Positions 24,251 to 37,305 of a stretch of 58,579 nt of DNA are shown one piece after another; position 1 is the stretch's first letter, and each line of letters opens with the position of its first letter. Source of the stretch: Perkinsus chesapeaki ATCC PRA-425 (taxonomy: Eukaryota; Protista; Perkinsozoa); assembly GCA_013115145.1 (NCBI GenBank), contig JAAPAO010000169.1, forward strand, positions 1 through 58,579, read 5' to 3'. A program made the translations under genes and the position numbers. The notes beneath the pieces are model-generated. The model had not been told where the DNA came from and ran no database searches. It saw nothing but the letters and a program-made list of their open reading frames with translations.

Positions 24251-26459
24251 AAGGAATCATATCAATGCGAAGTAATACCGCGAAATACCTGTGAGACTCT
24301 GTGGGAATTCGGTACCATTCTCCACAGCTAGAGGTGTCAGAAAACTACTGGTATCCGATCGATAAGGAGTATCGTCTGCCCAGGAAGTGTGATTCAATAA
24401 CAATGATCTAGCCTACTAAATGCACCGGCAATAGGACGCCGCAGATCTGGTGTCCGTGGCTGCGACGCTGTACTGGTAATCGAAGAGGATTCAATGGGAT
24501 ATCCTACTAGGAACAGATGAACCAAGTTAATTAGACAAGATAATACTTTCATTGGTGGTTAGCTGCTTAGAAGAAGCAACAAAAGTAGCAGCCATAGTTC
24601 AATAAACTGAATAAAGCGATCAACGTTTTGACCTATTTTGCATCTTCCACGCTCTAACCTGAGATACAGTCTGCTACCATGGTATACCTATGAACCATCC
24701 TTAACCTTTCCTTCAAGTACTTCCCACTTTTCCCCAATAACCCGCCCCGGCCATTCCCGCGTCACAGACCTCTTTCGACCGATACCGTGCCACTGATCTT
24801 GCGCGACACTAGCGCGCGCCCAGGTAATCGATATCTGCGCACCACCACTACGTTGACGCGCGCGCGTCTTGAACAGTTCATGAGCCGCAGGTCTGGTAGT
24901 TGGTCATCGTATCACATTAAAAGTGTTAACTATGTATCAGTCGTTTGGCAGATCTCAAAAGCCCATACCAACATGTGTTATACTTTTGTTGTCACTTCGT
25001 TTTTGTTAGGGTGATTTTACACAACCCCCGAACTTTATGAATGCCTCCTTTGCAGTGGATAACCTACAGCGGCCGACGCAGGGACGGTATGTTGTTGCGG
25101 TAATAACAGGGAATTGAACCTGGGCCGGACGGATAGGATATCTGTACTTTAACCGTAACGCTGAAATTGCCATAAGAACTACCAAGGATTCTAATTTACC
25201 ATGTACCGGTATCTTATCATGCATGTTTAATCATGATCGGTAACAGTCATAATATTAGCTAGCTGCTAGACTATTCATAAAATAGAAAACGAAAATATAA
25301 AAAGTAGCTCGCAAGTTGGATTCCCCTTACAACGATGGTGAAGTAGTCTCGTGGTGTCTAAACTCGACACTGCCCGATGTGATACAAAAGATATATATTA
25401 ATAATACAACACTTTCCGCCAATAGTTCAGGAGCTAGTAGGCAGATTAGGCCCCTGCTTATGTGTGCTCCGGCTGTGATTTTGACACGAGTACAATGTCA
25501 TAGTTTATTAGCTTTATTCTTGGTCTTTATTCAATAGTAGTAGTTTATTAGTTATAGTTTCATTGGTTAGGAAAGACTAGCCTTAGAGCAGCCGCCGACA
25601 TAGTTAAAATAAAGTCCTGCTAACAAAGTTGTTTTCGTTACTACTGCTAATGTTGTATAATTGGTATTTTAGCAAATTGGTCGCAAGTCGAAGCTTTTGA
25701 GCATAGGGCGCTTGATAACTATCTAATTCTGTTTGCCTTCATTAGCTTATTAATCACCGTCACTTTCTAGAGGGACTTGTTGCGGAAATTTATTACCATT
25801 GTTAACTTTACATTACCTTATAGTTAATTGTTCATCAAGTAGGTCCAAGTCAAAGCTTTTGAAAATAGGCCATTTTCTTAAACATTTTCCAAAGGGCCCT
25901 TTTTCGGAAACGGTGCTCTTGTCACTAATTTCCATGGTTCACTACTTCCTCAGTATGGTCAGGTTTGTAATCCGCTAAATACAACAGGAGAGGCCTTTGA
26001 ATTTGTAACTAGAGGCTTGGAACCACTTGCTGAGGTTAATTGGAAAAGGCATGATATGAGAGACTTCTGGCATGCATATAGCGCCCCTCCAGATGGTTTC
26101 CATAAGTAATAAGAGTGTGGACAGTCTACAAATTTACAGTATATCTGCGCGTTTGGATGATAAGATATTACGTGGTCTCAGCACATTAGTTTTCCCCGGC
26201 TATAGAGGTGATGGGGGGATTCTTCCACTCGAAATCATTGAAATCTTCAATCGGAAAGGCCGGGAAATGTCGAGGAAAACCTGCTAGGTTATTTCTGCAA
26301 TATCTTCTTGAGCCATCGATCAAAAATTAATAAGTAGAACTTCTAACGAAAAACTCCTAGTGCTATGCAACTCATATAGAGATGCAGATTGCCGAGAGAA
26401 TTTAGACAAACTAAACTGATGCGGATGAACCTAAGATACCACCAAAGCTCCATCTTCTT

Positions 26460-26723
26460 AGGTTTGCCCTCGTTACTAAGCTTTTGGACTTCCACGGGCT
26501 TGGTCGGAAAAGTCGTTCAGAAGTGCACCTCAGTCGGCTTGAGGGTGCTTTGCGTCGGTAATTGTGGGACACCTGTGAGCCTTTATTCGATATGGTTCCT
26601 TACAGTGCGGGCTTGGCAGTGGATTCACGGAACAGAGTTAGTGGAGAGGCGTTCAATAATATCTCTGATGAAGTGACGGAGAGAGGAGATCTGCATTCTT
26701 GGTTGCAAATGGCACTTTCTTAA
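26460..26723 (+). CDS. 3' part of a spliced hypothetical gene or remnant
   Basis: FALVTKLLDFHGLGRKSRSEVHLSRLEGALRR, then a short gtaatt...ttacag intron, then AGLAVDSRNRVSGEAFNNISDEVTERGDLHSWLQMALS* joins in frame. The upstream part is not recoverable. Confidence 0.35.
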
Positions 26724-28867
26724 ACCATTACTCTATAACATAGGATACTGTTGAGTAAATAAGTAGTAGAGGAAAATCGGGAAAAGCATTTGGGGATCAT
26801 GAAGAAAACAGGAAGATGTTTTTGTAGCAAAGAGTGATCGACAGAAGCACCGATCTCTGACAATTTCAAAGAGAATAGACCATTGAAAAGCACTAAGCGG
26901 CGGGCTCTTTCCAATGGTGGCTAGACCACTTCCATATTCGCCGAGTTATAAGAAAAGCGTGTGGTACGAAATTGGGTCTTTAGATTGCGCGTACTGTAGG
27001 AAAGATGCCATTTCAACTATCGATGGTCCAACTGAGCGATACTCATCAGACGTATAGAGCTTCCATTACTTCATAGGGATACTTGTTGTTAAATGATATC
27101 AAACCGTAAGGACTCGACAGAGGTGGCTGCATTCTACTACAGCTGTTTTGATGGCAATCAAACGAGCAGTACGCCTGCAGTGAAACTGTATCGTTGTGAA
27201 ATATCCTTCCAGATCTCGCAGAACTAAAGTCCCTTCCTGATAGTAATGCGAAGCCATTTGGTCCAGGGTGATAAGCTATCTAACGAAAGTGATTATACTT
27301 ACTTTTCCCGGGCAGGTGTTCTGCTGAAGAAAGCCCGCTGCTTCGAAGTCTCGACCGAGACTACTGCGTGGAGGCATTGGCGTGCCTTATGAGCGATGCA
27401 TGCAACGATGAAACGGTATGAGTTGTGAACTGTGCTCAGTGGGTAGCTTACCGTATTAGGCTTATGAGATAGTCAGACGATGTTGGCAAGAACAAGAGAG
27501 AATAAAACTCTATCTGGCACATGAAAGTGAATATAGGAAAGCGATGCTCGTTTTTGGTAAGTCACTCGTTGCGCTCTCATACCTTTCACAATCCCACGCA
27601 GTGGGTGTGTGATGGTTACCTTCAGATGGTACAATAATCCTCCTCAATCCCGCTAGTATTCTTGTTAAATTGCATTTCACCCCTGAGCTCTTAGCAACTT
27701 GCCTTCTAGTACTCGGTTACCATAAGTCGACGGACCGTCGTGAAATTTGGACTAGAACATCTCCACGTGGCCGAGGTAGAGATGGACTGCAAGCAAGTCC
27801 CCTCTCAGTTCCACTCAGCAATGTAGTGACACCTTCCTGAGCGATATCAGCAGCTGAGAAGCCCACATACATCATCTAGCAGTCAACCTAAAGCTTTTTC
27901 CAACCATTTTGGAGAACTCTTTCTAAAGGGAAAGTATTCCTCTCGCGCTTCAAATGTTTCGTTAAAAAACTTGTTTTATACACAATTTGTATTTTTTGGT
28001 TGAAGTACTGCAAACCAGGCCACTATTGACAAGCGCATGTTTAGGGTTAATGAGAAGCAGAAGCTAGATTTGGCAGTGGATTCTGTGACAGTCGCTAAAG
28101 TGTGACGAAATAACGGAGTATTCAAAACTACGCAAAAATACCTACTGAGCTAGTTGAGAAAACTTAGACGGGAAAATATTGTAGCTCGTCGGACTCGTAA
28201 TTTTTCCCGAAGTACTTTAGTATCCATATTTCCTATAAATCCCTAAGAGCTAGTCCATATAGATCTATAAGCAAAACAACACGGATATCAATGGCTAACT
28301 TCTCCGTAGCGCACTATTTCGTTACTTCAGGAATTCCCAGTTCATCGTTGGTGAATCGCCTGCATACCCGAGAGCTGCCACCCGACATCGTAGCAGATCT
28401 GGCGACGTTAAGCCGAGCTGAAATGATACAGCTGTTAGTATCTGTTGTTAATGACTCCACTAAAAGGCCTTCCTTGGCGAGTGATATCAAACATAAGGCT
28501 TCCTGTGCGTCCTGAATAAATAGTATTGTGTTGAAAAGTGCTTAATCGTCCTGTAGCGTGTACACAAGTCAGTGATATATCTCGATTCGAGAAGCACGAA
28601 ACCGTTGTATAAGCGGGCAGTAGCCTATCGTCAGTGCAGGCTCTTTAGCGAGGTGAAGGTTCATACCTATCCCTCTATTTTTACCTACATTCCGCTCACC
28701 GATAACCTATGATGTCGCACTGCCTCTGCACCTTTTCTTTGTCGTTAAAGTGAAAGCCTCCTTTGTCGAGAGATCCGGCATTCTGAACCCAGCCAAGTTC
28801 CCAACTCACTTGTCATTCTCATGTTAATTATTTATGTATGTTGAATTAGCAGTTTATTTTATCCTTG

Positions 28868-30855
28868 ATGATCTCATTCACCTTCAATAGATTGCTCCCA
28901 CCTTGCCATAGAGCCTTAGCCACCCTCACCAATCCATTGCCCATTGCAAGACTTCGCAAAAACTCCGCCAAGTCGAGCAACCCAATTCCTGAGCGGCTAA
29001 CTGAATCTGGACACCCATGGATCTACTGGCCCGAGGTTGGTCAATTCGTATCGCTGAGCATCGCTTCTAAGCCCTGCTGCACCTTGCTAATATCAGCTGC
29101 TGCCACTCTAGGGTTGTCCCTGTGCAGGAATGAACATATCTTTGCCAAACGACTCTCGAGTATCTGTCCTTTCTACAACGTTTAGATGAACCCCCCAGCT
29201 TAGCGACTTCCTCGCGGAAACTCTAGCGAGTCTCTGAGGACCCCTGGCACGGGAATGTCATTAGTATCCGTTTATATGCCCTTGTGTGGTTCAGGTCGAA
29301 AATATAAAAGAGCTCAATCCACTCCCTCCTGGCTCAATTGTACAACTTATCTCACCAGATAACCAACTTGTCGGTTTGGGTCTACTTAATCGGTCGAGCT
29401 CTATACCAATAAGATTACTTGCTAGAACAGACACTGTGCCTTCTGCGATCACCGAGGGCGACGTGAAGGTATGCCGCCGGCAAGGCTCTTCAGCGACTAT
29501 CTCTTCAGGACCTGCTTCGTCGGCGAGCCAGTCGTGCAGTGACCCGGAGTTTGCTCACTCCCGCGGTTGTACGGAATCGCTGTGGCCGGCTGATCTCCGC
29601 AGAGGTTGATGGCCTTCCAGGCGTCACGTCTGATCTCCTCCGAGCAGCTGACGATCAGGGCAGTGTTATCGTCTTCAAGTCCTGCCCTTTGATTTAACCA
29701 TGAGCACCGTATTTTTCGTCACGTCAGATTTGACACCTACGGAGAGGACTTACCCTGGGATTCGGTCGTGCAAGAAGAAGTCGTGCGTTCGATACCAGAC
29801 GTTGAGGCAACAGTCGTGCACAAGATGGGCTGGAGGAAGGAACGTCACGGCGACGACGGCAAAGTGCGCGTGTCGATCAGTATGGGGCTAGCGCATTTTC
29901 AGGAGTACTCAACCAGACTCACCAGCGGCAACGAGGAAGCTCTCGGAGGCGCCTTCGTCGTTGAGGAAAAGACGAAGTTCCAAATACCTCTACTCGACGT
30001 CCCTCAGCAAAGCATGTGGTCATTCGAGGAGGCTCAGATGCGACAAAGACTCTTGCACGTCAGAAGCCAACCTTTCTAGTGCGAAAAGATTCCGTTATTC
30101 CTTCAGTCTGTCAGCGGCCGAACCGTCCTAGATTTGTATTGTGGGTACGGCCAATGGGGAATCAGGGCTGCTGCGGAAGGCGGAGCGGCTGAGGTGGTCT
30201 TGCTCGACGAATCCGTCAAAGCATTGCGGTACGCTGAAGAAAACGTCAAAGCCAACGATGTGACCGAACGAGTAAGTATGGTTACGGTTATTCTTTTTGA
30301 GCATATTTTCTAGGTTTCGACTCTCTTGAGGAACGACATTCAAACCGAGCTGGAGGCGATGGCCGCCTCGAGGCTGTTTTTCGACGTTGCCGTGTTACAT
30401 GCCATCCCTGATATCAAAAAGAGACAGAGAGTTGCCTTTGGTGAACTCGGTCGGGAGCTTGTCGCGTCAATTGAGGGGTATTAGAAAATTATCTTGAACT
30501 AGCTTATACACTTGACGGTCAGCCTCCACAAGAAGGTCCAGGCTGCCATTGGAGTTGTGGCCAAAGGCGGCCTTCTGATCCTACACACACCGATGGTTCC
30601 GAGATCTGAGGATAAGTCAAGCGAACAAATGGTAAGCGCATGAGGACGTCGGATTGCACAATGCAGCGTCTTTTAGGTGGTGAATGCCCTTGGCAAGCTC
30701 AAAAGGGAAGGCGCAATCGAATGGAGCTCTACCGGCGTGGGGATTAATTCAGGTATGGTCCTCTGTTATTCTACATTTATCTTTGGTGCTCAGGTGCGCT
30801 GCTCGGCCATCATGACATTCTATATTCCCGGACGATAGCCGTCCGATTGACATGA
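28868..30855 (+). CDS. RlmI/YccW-like PUA-domain SAM-dependent RNA methyltransferase homologue, probably organelle-targeted
   Basis: Exon 1 ends GHPWIYWPE and splices to VENIKELNPLPPGSIVQLISPDNQLVGLGLLNRSSSIPIRLL (PUA-like). DGLPGV motif present. SAM motif I VLDLYCGYGQWGI, followed by VVLLDESVKALRYAEENVKAN. Stop TGA at 30853..30855. Confidence 0.8.
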
Positions 30856-31623
30856 CCGAACTGCTGCATTGTTTGCAGGGCAAACGTTTCTGTTCACGTT
30901 TCAAACCAAGTCCAGTTCTAGAGTTGTTACTAGTGCACTGCTACACAGAACCAACCAATGAGCCTCCGATCATACAGTTGACGACCATAGAACTTCATCA
31001 CAGTAGTTCCTATGGCCTCTGGAACATGGTGAGCCATAATGGTTCGTTGGCCATGCCGTGTTACGAGTGGACGTGTCGAGCTGTGTGCAGATGGTGAAAT
31101 CGAAGGAACGCACTTCCGATGACTAGATGACTCCTTGTGTAAAGTGTGATATTTCACATGTGCCAAGAATGCAGGGAAGAAACGTTTCGAGAAGATTCGT
31201 GCTGTGAAGTATTTTAACGATACAACACCATTAAGAGGGTGTCGGAACAGTATTTCAGGTCAACATGTGGTCTGGATATGAAGTTGTGCTTCGAACACCA
31301 AACGCTCGCTTCAGATTGCGCGTACTGTATCTCGTATCTCTTCTGGGGTGACGTTGTATGACGGTCGGTGTGCTCAAGTCAAGGATTGCCACAAAACACT
31401 GGAATCGAGTAGTTGTTGGAAATCAGGACTTATAAGTCATGATCTATAAGGGCCATTAATACTCTAATCGGGCCAATAAATCATTATTAAAAGATACCAT
31501 TATTGATTAATGATTTACTAGCTATTGAAAAAAGGGTTCTTTGCATTCGAGACCGCCCCCAGAAGCTGCTCGTACTGAATACTGGACCAACGGTCTACGA
31601 ATACTATATCATCTGGCAACCAA

Positions 31624-32658
31624 TCAACCACCTCTATAGCGATGAAACACACGAATGGTGTAGGTCGGAGAAGATTCACAAGGCTCCGTCACGACATAGA
31701 GAGTTCCATGGGGAAGACTTCCAGCTGCTAGAGCCTTCACGCCAGAAGTAACAGGTGCGAGTCGTTCTTGAGCCTTTCCAGAAATTTCTTTGAGCCACCA
31801 ACAATCAACGCCTTCTTCATCCTTCGCTGTCCCCGATACCGCATCAGGCCCCATTACGCATACGAATGGAGCTCTGACTGGGTGCTTAGAATGAAGAAAG
31901 CTACCAGGTGGTCGCATTTTCGTCCGCAATATCAGTAGTGGGTCAGAGTCGTCGAGATGCACCGTATGACAGTAATGCTCTAGCTCAGAGCAGGTGTAGA
32001 TATTGATGGTAGGCGGACAGTTACGCGGGTAATACTTCATATCCATTCGTGCGAAATCTTTCCCTGGAAAACTCAGCTCTGTCAATTCACGGACCTGTAC
32101 CGAGTGTATCCCAACATCAATTTTAGCGTCATATAGATGCATACCCTTGCTGGTCGCAAAGCAAAAGACCAGACGACCAGCGGCATATCTTGCGACGTAG
32201 CGTTCGGCAGAGAGATTTAAGCCATGTAGTTGATTCATGCTGACACATTGGAGAGACCCGAGATCGTATACGAGTACATATTTGGAGTCTTGGTCATATG
32301 CCATTAACCGATCATCATCAGAATTATAATCAATAAACGATCCCTTGAGGCAGAACAAATTGAGCTCCATAACGAAGCGGTTATTGTCGAGCGGTGACCT
32401 CAGAGTCAGCTTCCCGTCATCGATATAAACTCCAAGAAGTTCACCATGGCGGACAATGAACGACGCAGGTAAGCCAGAAATGGTGAATGTCTCCGAGGGA
32501 CAATCAGTAGTGGTCTTGTGATTGTTGGCTCCGATGAACTCGTGTATAATTGTTTGCAACTCGACTATGGGGCCAACTTTGCACTTCTTCTTGAGCCATA
32601 GCGATTCAGTTAGATATAGGTCCAAAACGAATGCGGTGTACCGGTCACAGAACAACAT
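31624..32658 (-). CDS. Intronless hypothetical protein (~330-344 aa), possible F-box-like N-terminus plus beta-rich region
   Basis: A 1035-nt uninterrupted ORF in an intron-rich genome. VELQTIIHEFIG resembles an F-box-like helix (weak). The start codon is uncertain. Confidence 0.7.
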   Translation of the reverse strand: MLFCDRYTAFVLDLYLTESLWLKKKCKVGPIVELQTIIHEFIGANNHKTTTDCPSETFTISGLPASFIVRHGELLGVYIDDGKLTLRSPLDNNRFVMELNLFCLKGSFIDYNSDDDRLMAYDQDSKYVLVYDLGSLQCVSMNQLHGLNLSAERYVARYAAGRLVFCFATSKGMHLYDAKIDVGIHSVQVRELTELSFPGKDFARMDMKYYPRNCPPTINIYTCSELEHYCHTVHLDDSDPLLILRTKMRPPGSFLHSKHPVRAPFVCVMGPDAVSGTAKDEEGVDCWWLKEISGKAQERLAPVTSGVKALAAGSLPHGTLYVVTEPCESSPTYTIRVFHRYRGG

Positions 32659-32808
32659 AGATGACTTCAGATGCCGTAGGTCAAATATCGGGAGTCAAGC
32701 CTCGAGTGGGAGAGGCCAGAAAACTACGGAGCAGTATCATCTGCGGGAGTCCAGGAACTCAGCACATATTCACGGGGGCACTTCAACATCTCCATGTTCA
32801 TCCACGCA

Positions 32809-35800
32809 TCAACACCCTTCCATGGCAGTTCGACTTCGTTCATCACCATCGTCAGTCACTTCTTCACACTCTTCCTCGATTTCGTAGAAGTTCCACAGCC
32901 CAAGGCTCTGATCCCTAGCAGCTGTGGCCAGCTGGCGGCCATCTGGGGACCAGCAAATCGAACGGATAGCTGCAATGAAACAGTTCGCTACTAGAACGAA
33001 GGAGAACTAAGACCACCTCCGGAATGGCCGCTTTCACCGTTATTGGAAGCTGGTGGAAGTTGCTGTGAGGTCTTCAGATCGAATATATAAATGTCGCCAT
33101 CCTCGGCACCGGAAGCGATGTACCTAAAACAGACGCCTGTTTGAAGGCTTAATGAAGCAGAACTTCTGATGGAGCACGCATGCTCATCCGAAAGCGAGAT
33201 TTGTCCATGCGTGCAGATGCACTTGCGTACCAATCCATTACTCATTCTCTAACCCGTTAACTATGAGCCCAATTTCTATTCGTATATTATCTACCATGTC
33301 TCCACTAGGAGACTGTGCGCCATAAGAATCTTTAGTATTCTCCTCCAAAGTATGCTACTGAAGTTTCCCACACTTTTAAAGGCCTTCCACACGCTGAGTT
33401 GGGCATCCTAACTCAGACACAGTGTGAGGTATCAGATATATATATTAAGATCTATAGCAGCTAATCCTCGTGGGATACACATTAGTAACCCACTCTTGCT
33501 AGTGTTCACCTGCCATCCTTTGATATCGTTACGCATTGTAGTCTTGGCGGCTGAGGAGGGTAAGAGCCTGACAACCAGTCCCAAATTGTGACCAGCTGAG
33601 TTGGTACCGAAAACCCGAGCGTGCAAGCTCGCCACCGGATCGGCATAGTCGATGTCCCAGAACATCAGGCGGCCATCCTGGTGACATGTTACGAGCTCAT
33701 TCTCCGAGTCTAGCCGTTGGGTCATCCCTGTGAGCATGCCTGCCAGAGCTGCTCGCATCAGCGTTCGGCTATCGGTCGACCTCCTTTGGAGATGTGCTTG
33801 ATCTGCGCCTTCCCAGCCTTGAGGTCGTACGTCACAACTTGGCCATCACCACCAGCACTGTGGACTATATGAGGAGCTGATACATCGACCAGGACCATAG
33901 CCACTCCTCCAGGGCACAATCTGAAAACCATGTATTCTCCACACTAGCATGGAAGCTTACCGAGGGTTGTGCTCCTGGAACTGGATAAGAAGCTCCCGGG
34001 TACTGCGATGCCACACTCTGACCGCGCAACAGCCGGGGCCTCCACCGGTGACGATATAGTTCGATGAGCAAGCGACCTGGGAAAGCCCGACTGAACTGTC
34101 TCATGAATGTGGTGGATACCGCGGCCACTTTGGTACGATGGGCATTTGGAATGTCCCAGAGTAGTAGGCTGTGATCACCAGGCTTTGTGCGCCAACAGCG
34201 AACGAAACCGTCTTCATATCTGAGACAGGCACTGGCACTTCCATCGCATCCGATGCCTACCCACAGACCGCCTCATCGACTGCTGGGCCCGGGCAGAGAC
34301 ACTCCAAACGTGATTTAACCTGATCAGAAGGAGCAATTCCCCGTTGGAAGAATTGCCCCTTGCGGAGACCTGAGCTGTAGCTGTATACGATAGCCCTCCA
34401 AGATCCCAGACAACAAGCTTCCCAAAAGAGGAGCCGGACATAAGGTGGTGGCTGTCACCCTTACAGAAGGATACGCATGTCACCTGACAGATACACCAGA
34501 CTAATGAGAGCCATATTGGCCGTGGAACCTCTCCTGTAACGGTAGATTGTAGAAGACATGCTGCCAGGGAACGAGCGTTGACTCTCCAAAGCTTCCCGTT
34601 TGCAGATGCAGCAAGAAGCTCCTTGCCGGAAGGTGAGGGTGTCAAACACAGGACGTCCGCACCTGTCGAGCATCGTTCCGGTAAAAAGGCTAAACCCGGT
34701 GACCTTTGCCCGCAGCTGGGTCCAAAGCATTTTCGGCGAGCACGTGCCACTTAGTATCCGACCCTTCAAAGGCGCGAATCTTCCACAGGAGATATCAGCT
34801 AGCTCATAAGCATACGTTTACCTTGCCATCACCGCCAGCAACATACAAAGAACTCCCTATCATGGCGAGCGTTCTGAGGGAGCCATTGCAGCATGGCAGA
34901 CTGGAGCGAAATACCTGAACGAAAGATACACCAGTTTGCTCCGTACAGAGGGGCGTACCATTGTGTCGAGATTGAAGATGCAGATCTCTCCCTGTTGAGT
35001 TCCGGCGATCAATTGACGCCCACCATCAGTGATAGTGCCACAGATGTAGTTGCGGACAAGGTTGTGACCTGCTGATTGAGCCTATGAGGTCAGAACTGCA
35101 GCCTCTGCTAGTGCGGTTGCCCTGTGTAGCTCTGATGGCTGATTGCTCACCTGGCATTTGCATTTTGTGTGTCGTAAGGATGTAACTCATCTGTGACATG
35201 TCAAACTCCAAGTCGTGCTTCATCACCAACCCATCCTGAGCTGTACACAGGACATACCTTGGATGCCTGAGATGGGTCTCGTTGGGGAACATCGGATGCT
35301 AGGCCCAGAGGGAATGTGTTAGACTTTTCCTTTGGAATCGAAACATTTTGTTGTAATAGTGTTTTAATCATCTCTCAGCAGTAGGAGCACTTTTTGGTAC
35401 CAGAGTAACACTGTTCCCTGCCGCTACCGTTCCGGACGTATTTACGAGAGGCTGGAAGACTCCCGGGTTTGCAGTGCTTTGAATAAGTCGGAGTGTTCGT
35501 TCTCAATTAGAATTGTATACGCTCACCGAGTCCTAGCTGCCCTCATTGCTCGGGGACCATCGACATCTTCACCAGAAGCAAGTAGATGGAGCCCCAAGAT
35601 AGTGCAGAGCTGTTCAGTTCGGCGAGCATAAACCTAGCAAAGAAAAAACCGTGTAAGTGAGGAGGTGAATTTAAACAAGCCGAAGTATATTAAGAACTCT
35701 CCATGATGAAAATAAAACGCCTTAAGATCCAGAGCGAACGGGAATTTGAGCGAGCAGTACTAATGCAAGGGCGTCGAGATGACAATAAATTACCGATGAC

Positions 35801-36532
35801 AGTGAACTATACCTGCTCCCCGCCTGTGGAGATGTCCCACACAATAAGCATCTGATTGAGGCCAGCAGCAGCCAGGAATATGCCATCCTCACTCATCGAC
35901 AGCCCAACGCATCTGCCGGGCAATCTCTGCGTAAAGCATGGGTGAAGCTAAGATACTTTCCACATATTCCTGGTAGAGTTAAGATCTCTCGCTTGTCTGG
36001 TATGGACCAAACCTTTACAGGAGCGACTTGACCCTAATATAAGACAAACCAACCGCAGTGATTACAAGGCCGAGTTGGTTCATTAAATACCTTCTGTTTT
36101 TCCGACCCAAGCTGCCCACTAGCCAGGAGCCTCCCAGAAGAGCAGACCGCTATAGCGCAGACCTAAGGCCACCATTCGCCGGCATGCCACTAGAGCGCAG
36201 TGTCACTTCGGAATCGTGCCCCCGAAGGAGGGTCTGTTCATGAGGATTCTCAACCTCTTGCAGAACCACCACCGCTCCAACCGCTATAATCATTATATTA
36301 GCGTCGGTTGGCAAGAAGTGCAACTGATGCGTCAAATCGGTCAATGGTCGCAGGAAAATGTTCTTACAACATTAGAGTGCCGGCTTGAGGTAGAGCCCAT
36401 GAGATGGTCGAGTTCAACGGCAGCAGAAGCCACGGGGCTCCCCTTCGCTGAAGACCTGTCGTCTGTGAGCATGCTACTCATATTTGAGGGAGGTGCCACT
36501 TGTGGGCTCTTGTGAGAGGAGATACTGGACAT
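32809..36532 (-). CDS. Multi-exon WD40-repeat protein, WDR16/CFAP52-like
   Basis: Contains VELDHLMG and IMIIAVGAVVVLQEVENPHEQTLLRGHDSEV. WD repeats include LMSGSSFGKLVVWDL, LVTCHQDGRLMFWDI, IASGAEDGDIYIFDL and IRSICWSPDGRQLATAARDQSLGLWNF. Stop TGA at 32811..32809. Confidence 0.8.
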
Positions 36533-37305
36533 GACCGCCTTGTTTTAACGTGGAAGGCAACCTTGTGGAATGGACTATCAAGACTGCGAGGCTCAATCTA
36601 GTGAATAATAACCGCGTATAGTGAACTCAATACAAACACAATCGACTAAGAACAAGCTAGGGCAACTGTTGCCCGGCAACAGGTCACCAGGAGATGACGG
36701 GGACATGGGCCACGTACACAGTGATTCGACCTTTATTCAGTACGGCGCAGTCAAGTACGACTTGAAGTCTGTAAGGAGAGGGCTAATAGTGCTAATACTC
36801 GTTCTGAAGGGTTCTATCCTACTGACACCACTACAGGACACACGGTAACTTAGAGAAGATAACCATAGAACCAGCGCTGTGAGGGATCCAGGTTGCTCTT
36901 CTCGTGAGGACCCTCTGATGAACAATGAAACGACGGACTGCGGCTACCCTGCCACACCTCAAAGTAGTAATACTGATTCAGTATCGGAATACAAGCTGTG
37001 TTTGAGTAGTGTAAGCGAGATACATTCTACTGGTATACCCTACTGCTAATATCATGTACATTTCAATACCTAATCAATCTCTATTATACATCGATCTACC
37101 GTGCTTCGATTGGCCACCGTCGCACTGTGTTTACTGACGTAGCCACTCTCCTAAACATTCATGCCGTTTCTACCAACAATGTTGTGTTATCGTCTTCATG
37201 GAGCACATTTACGTGAAACTTAACACGACCCTTGAATCTTGGCTGAAATATTACAAGCGCGCGTGCAAGAATCTTGAAGGATCATTAAAAGCATTAAACC
37301 AGAAA

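Noticed and set aside
28870-29180. Plausible-looking minus-strand coding frames
   Set aside because: The plus strand encodes the GHPWIYWPE first exon of the RlmI-like gene, which explains the region.
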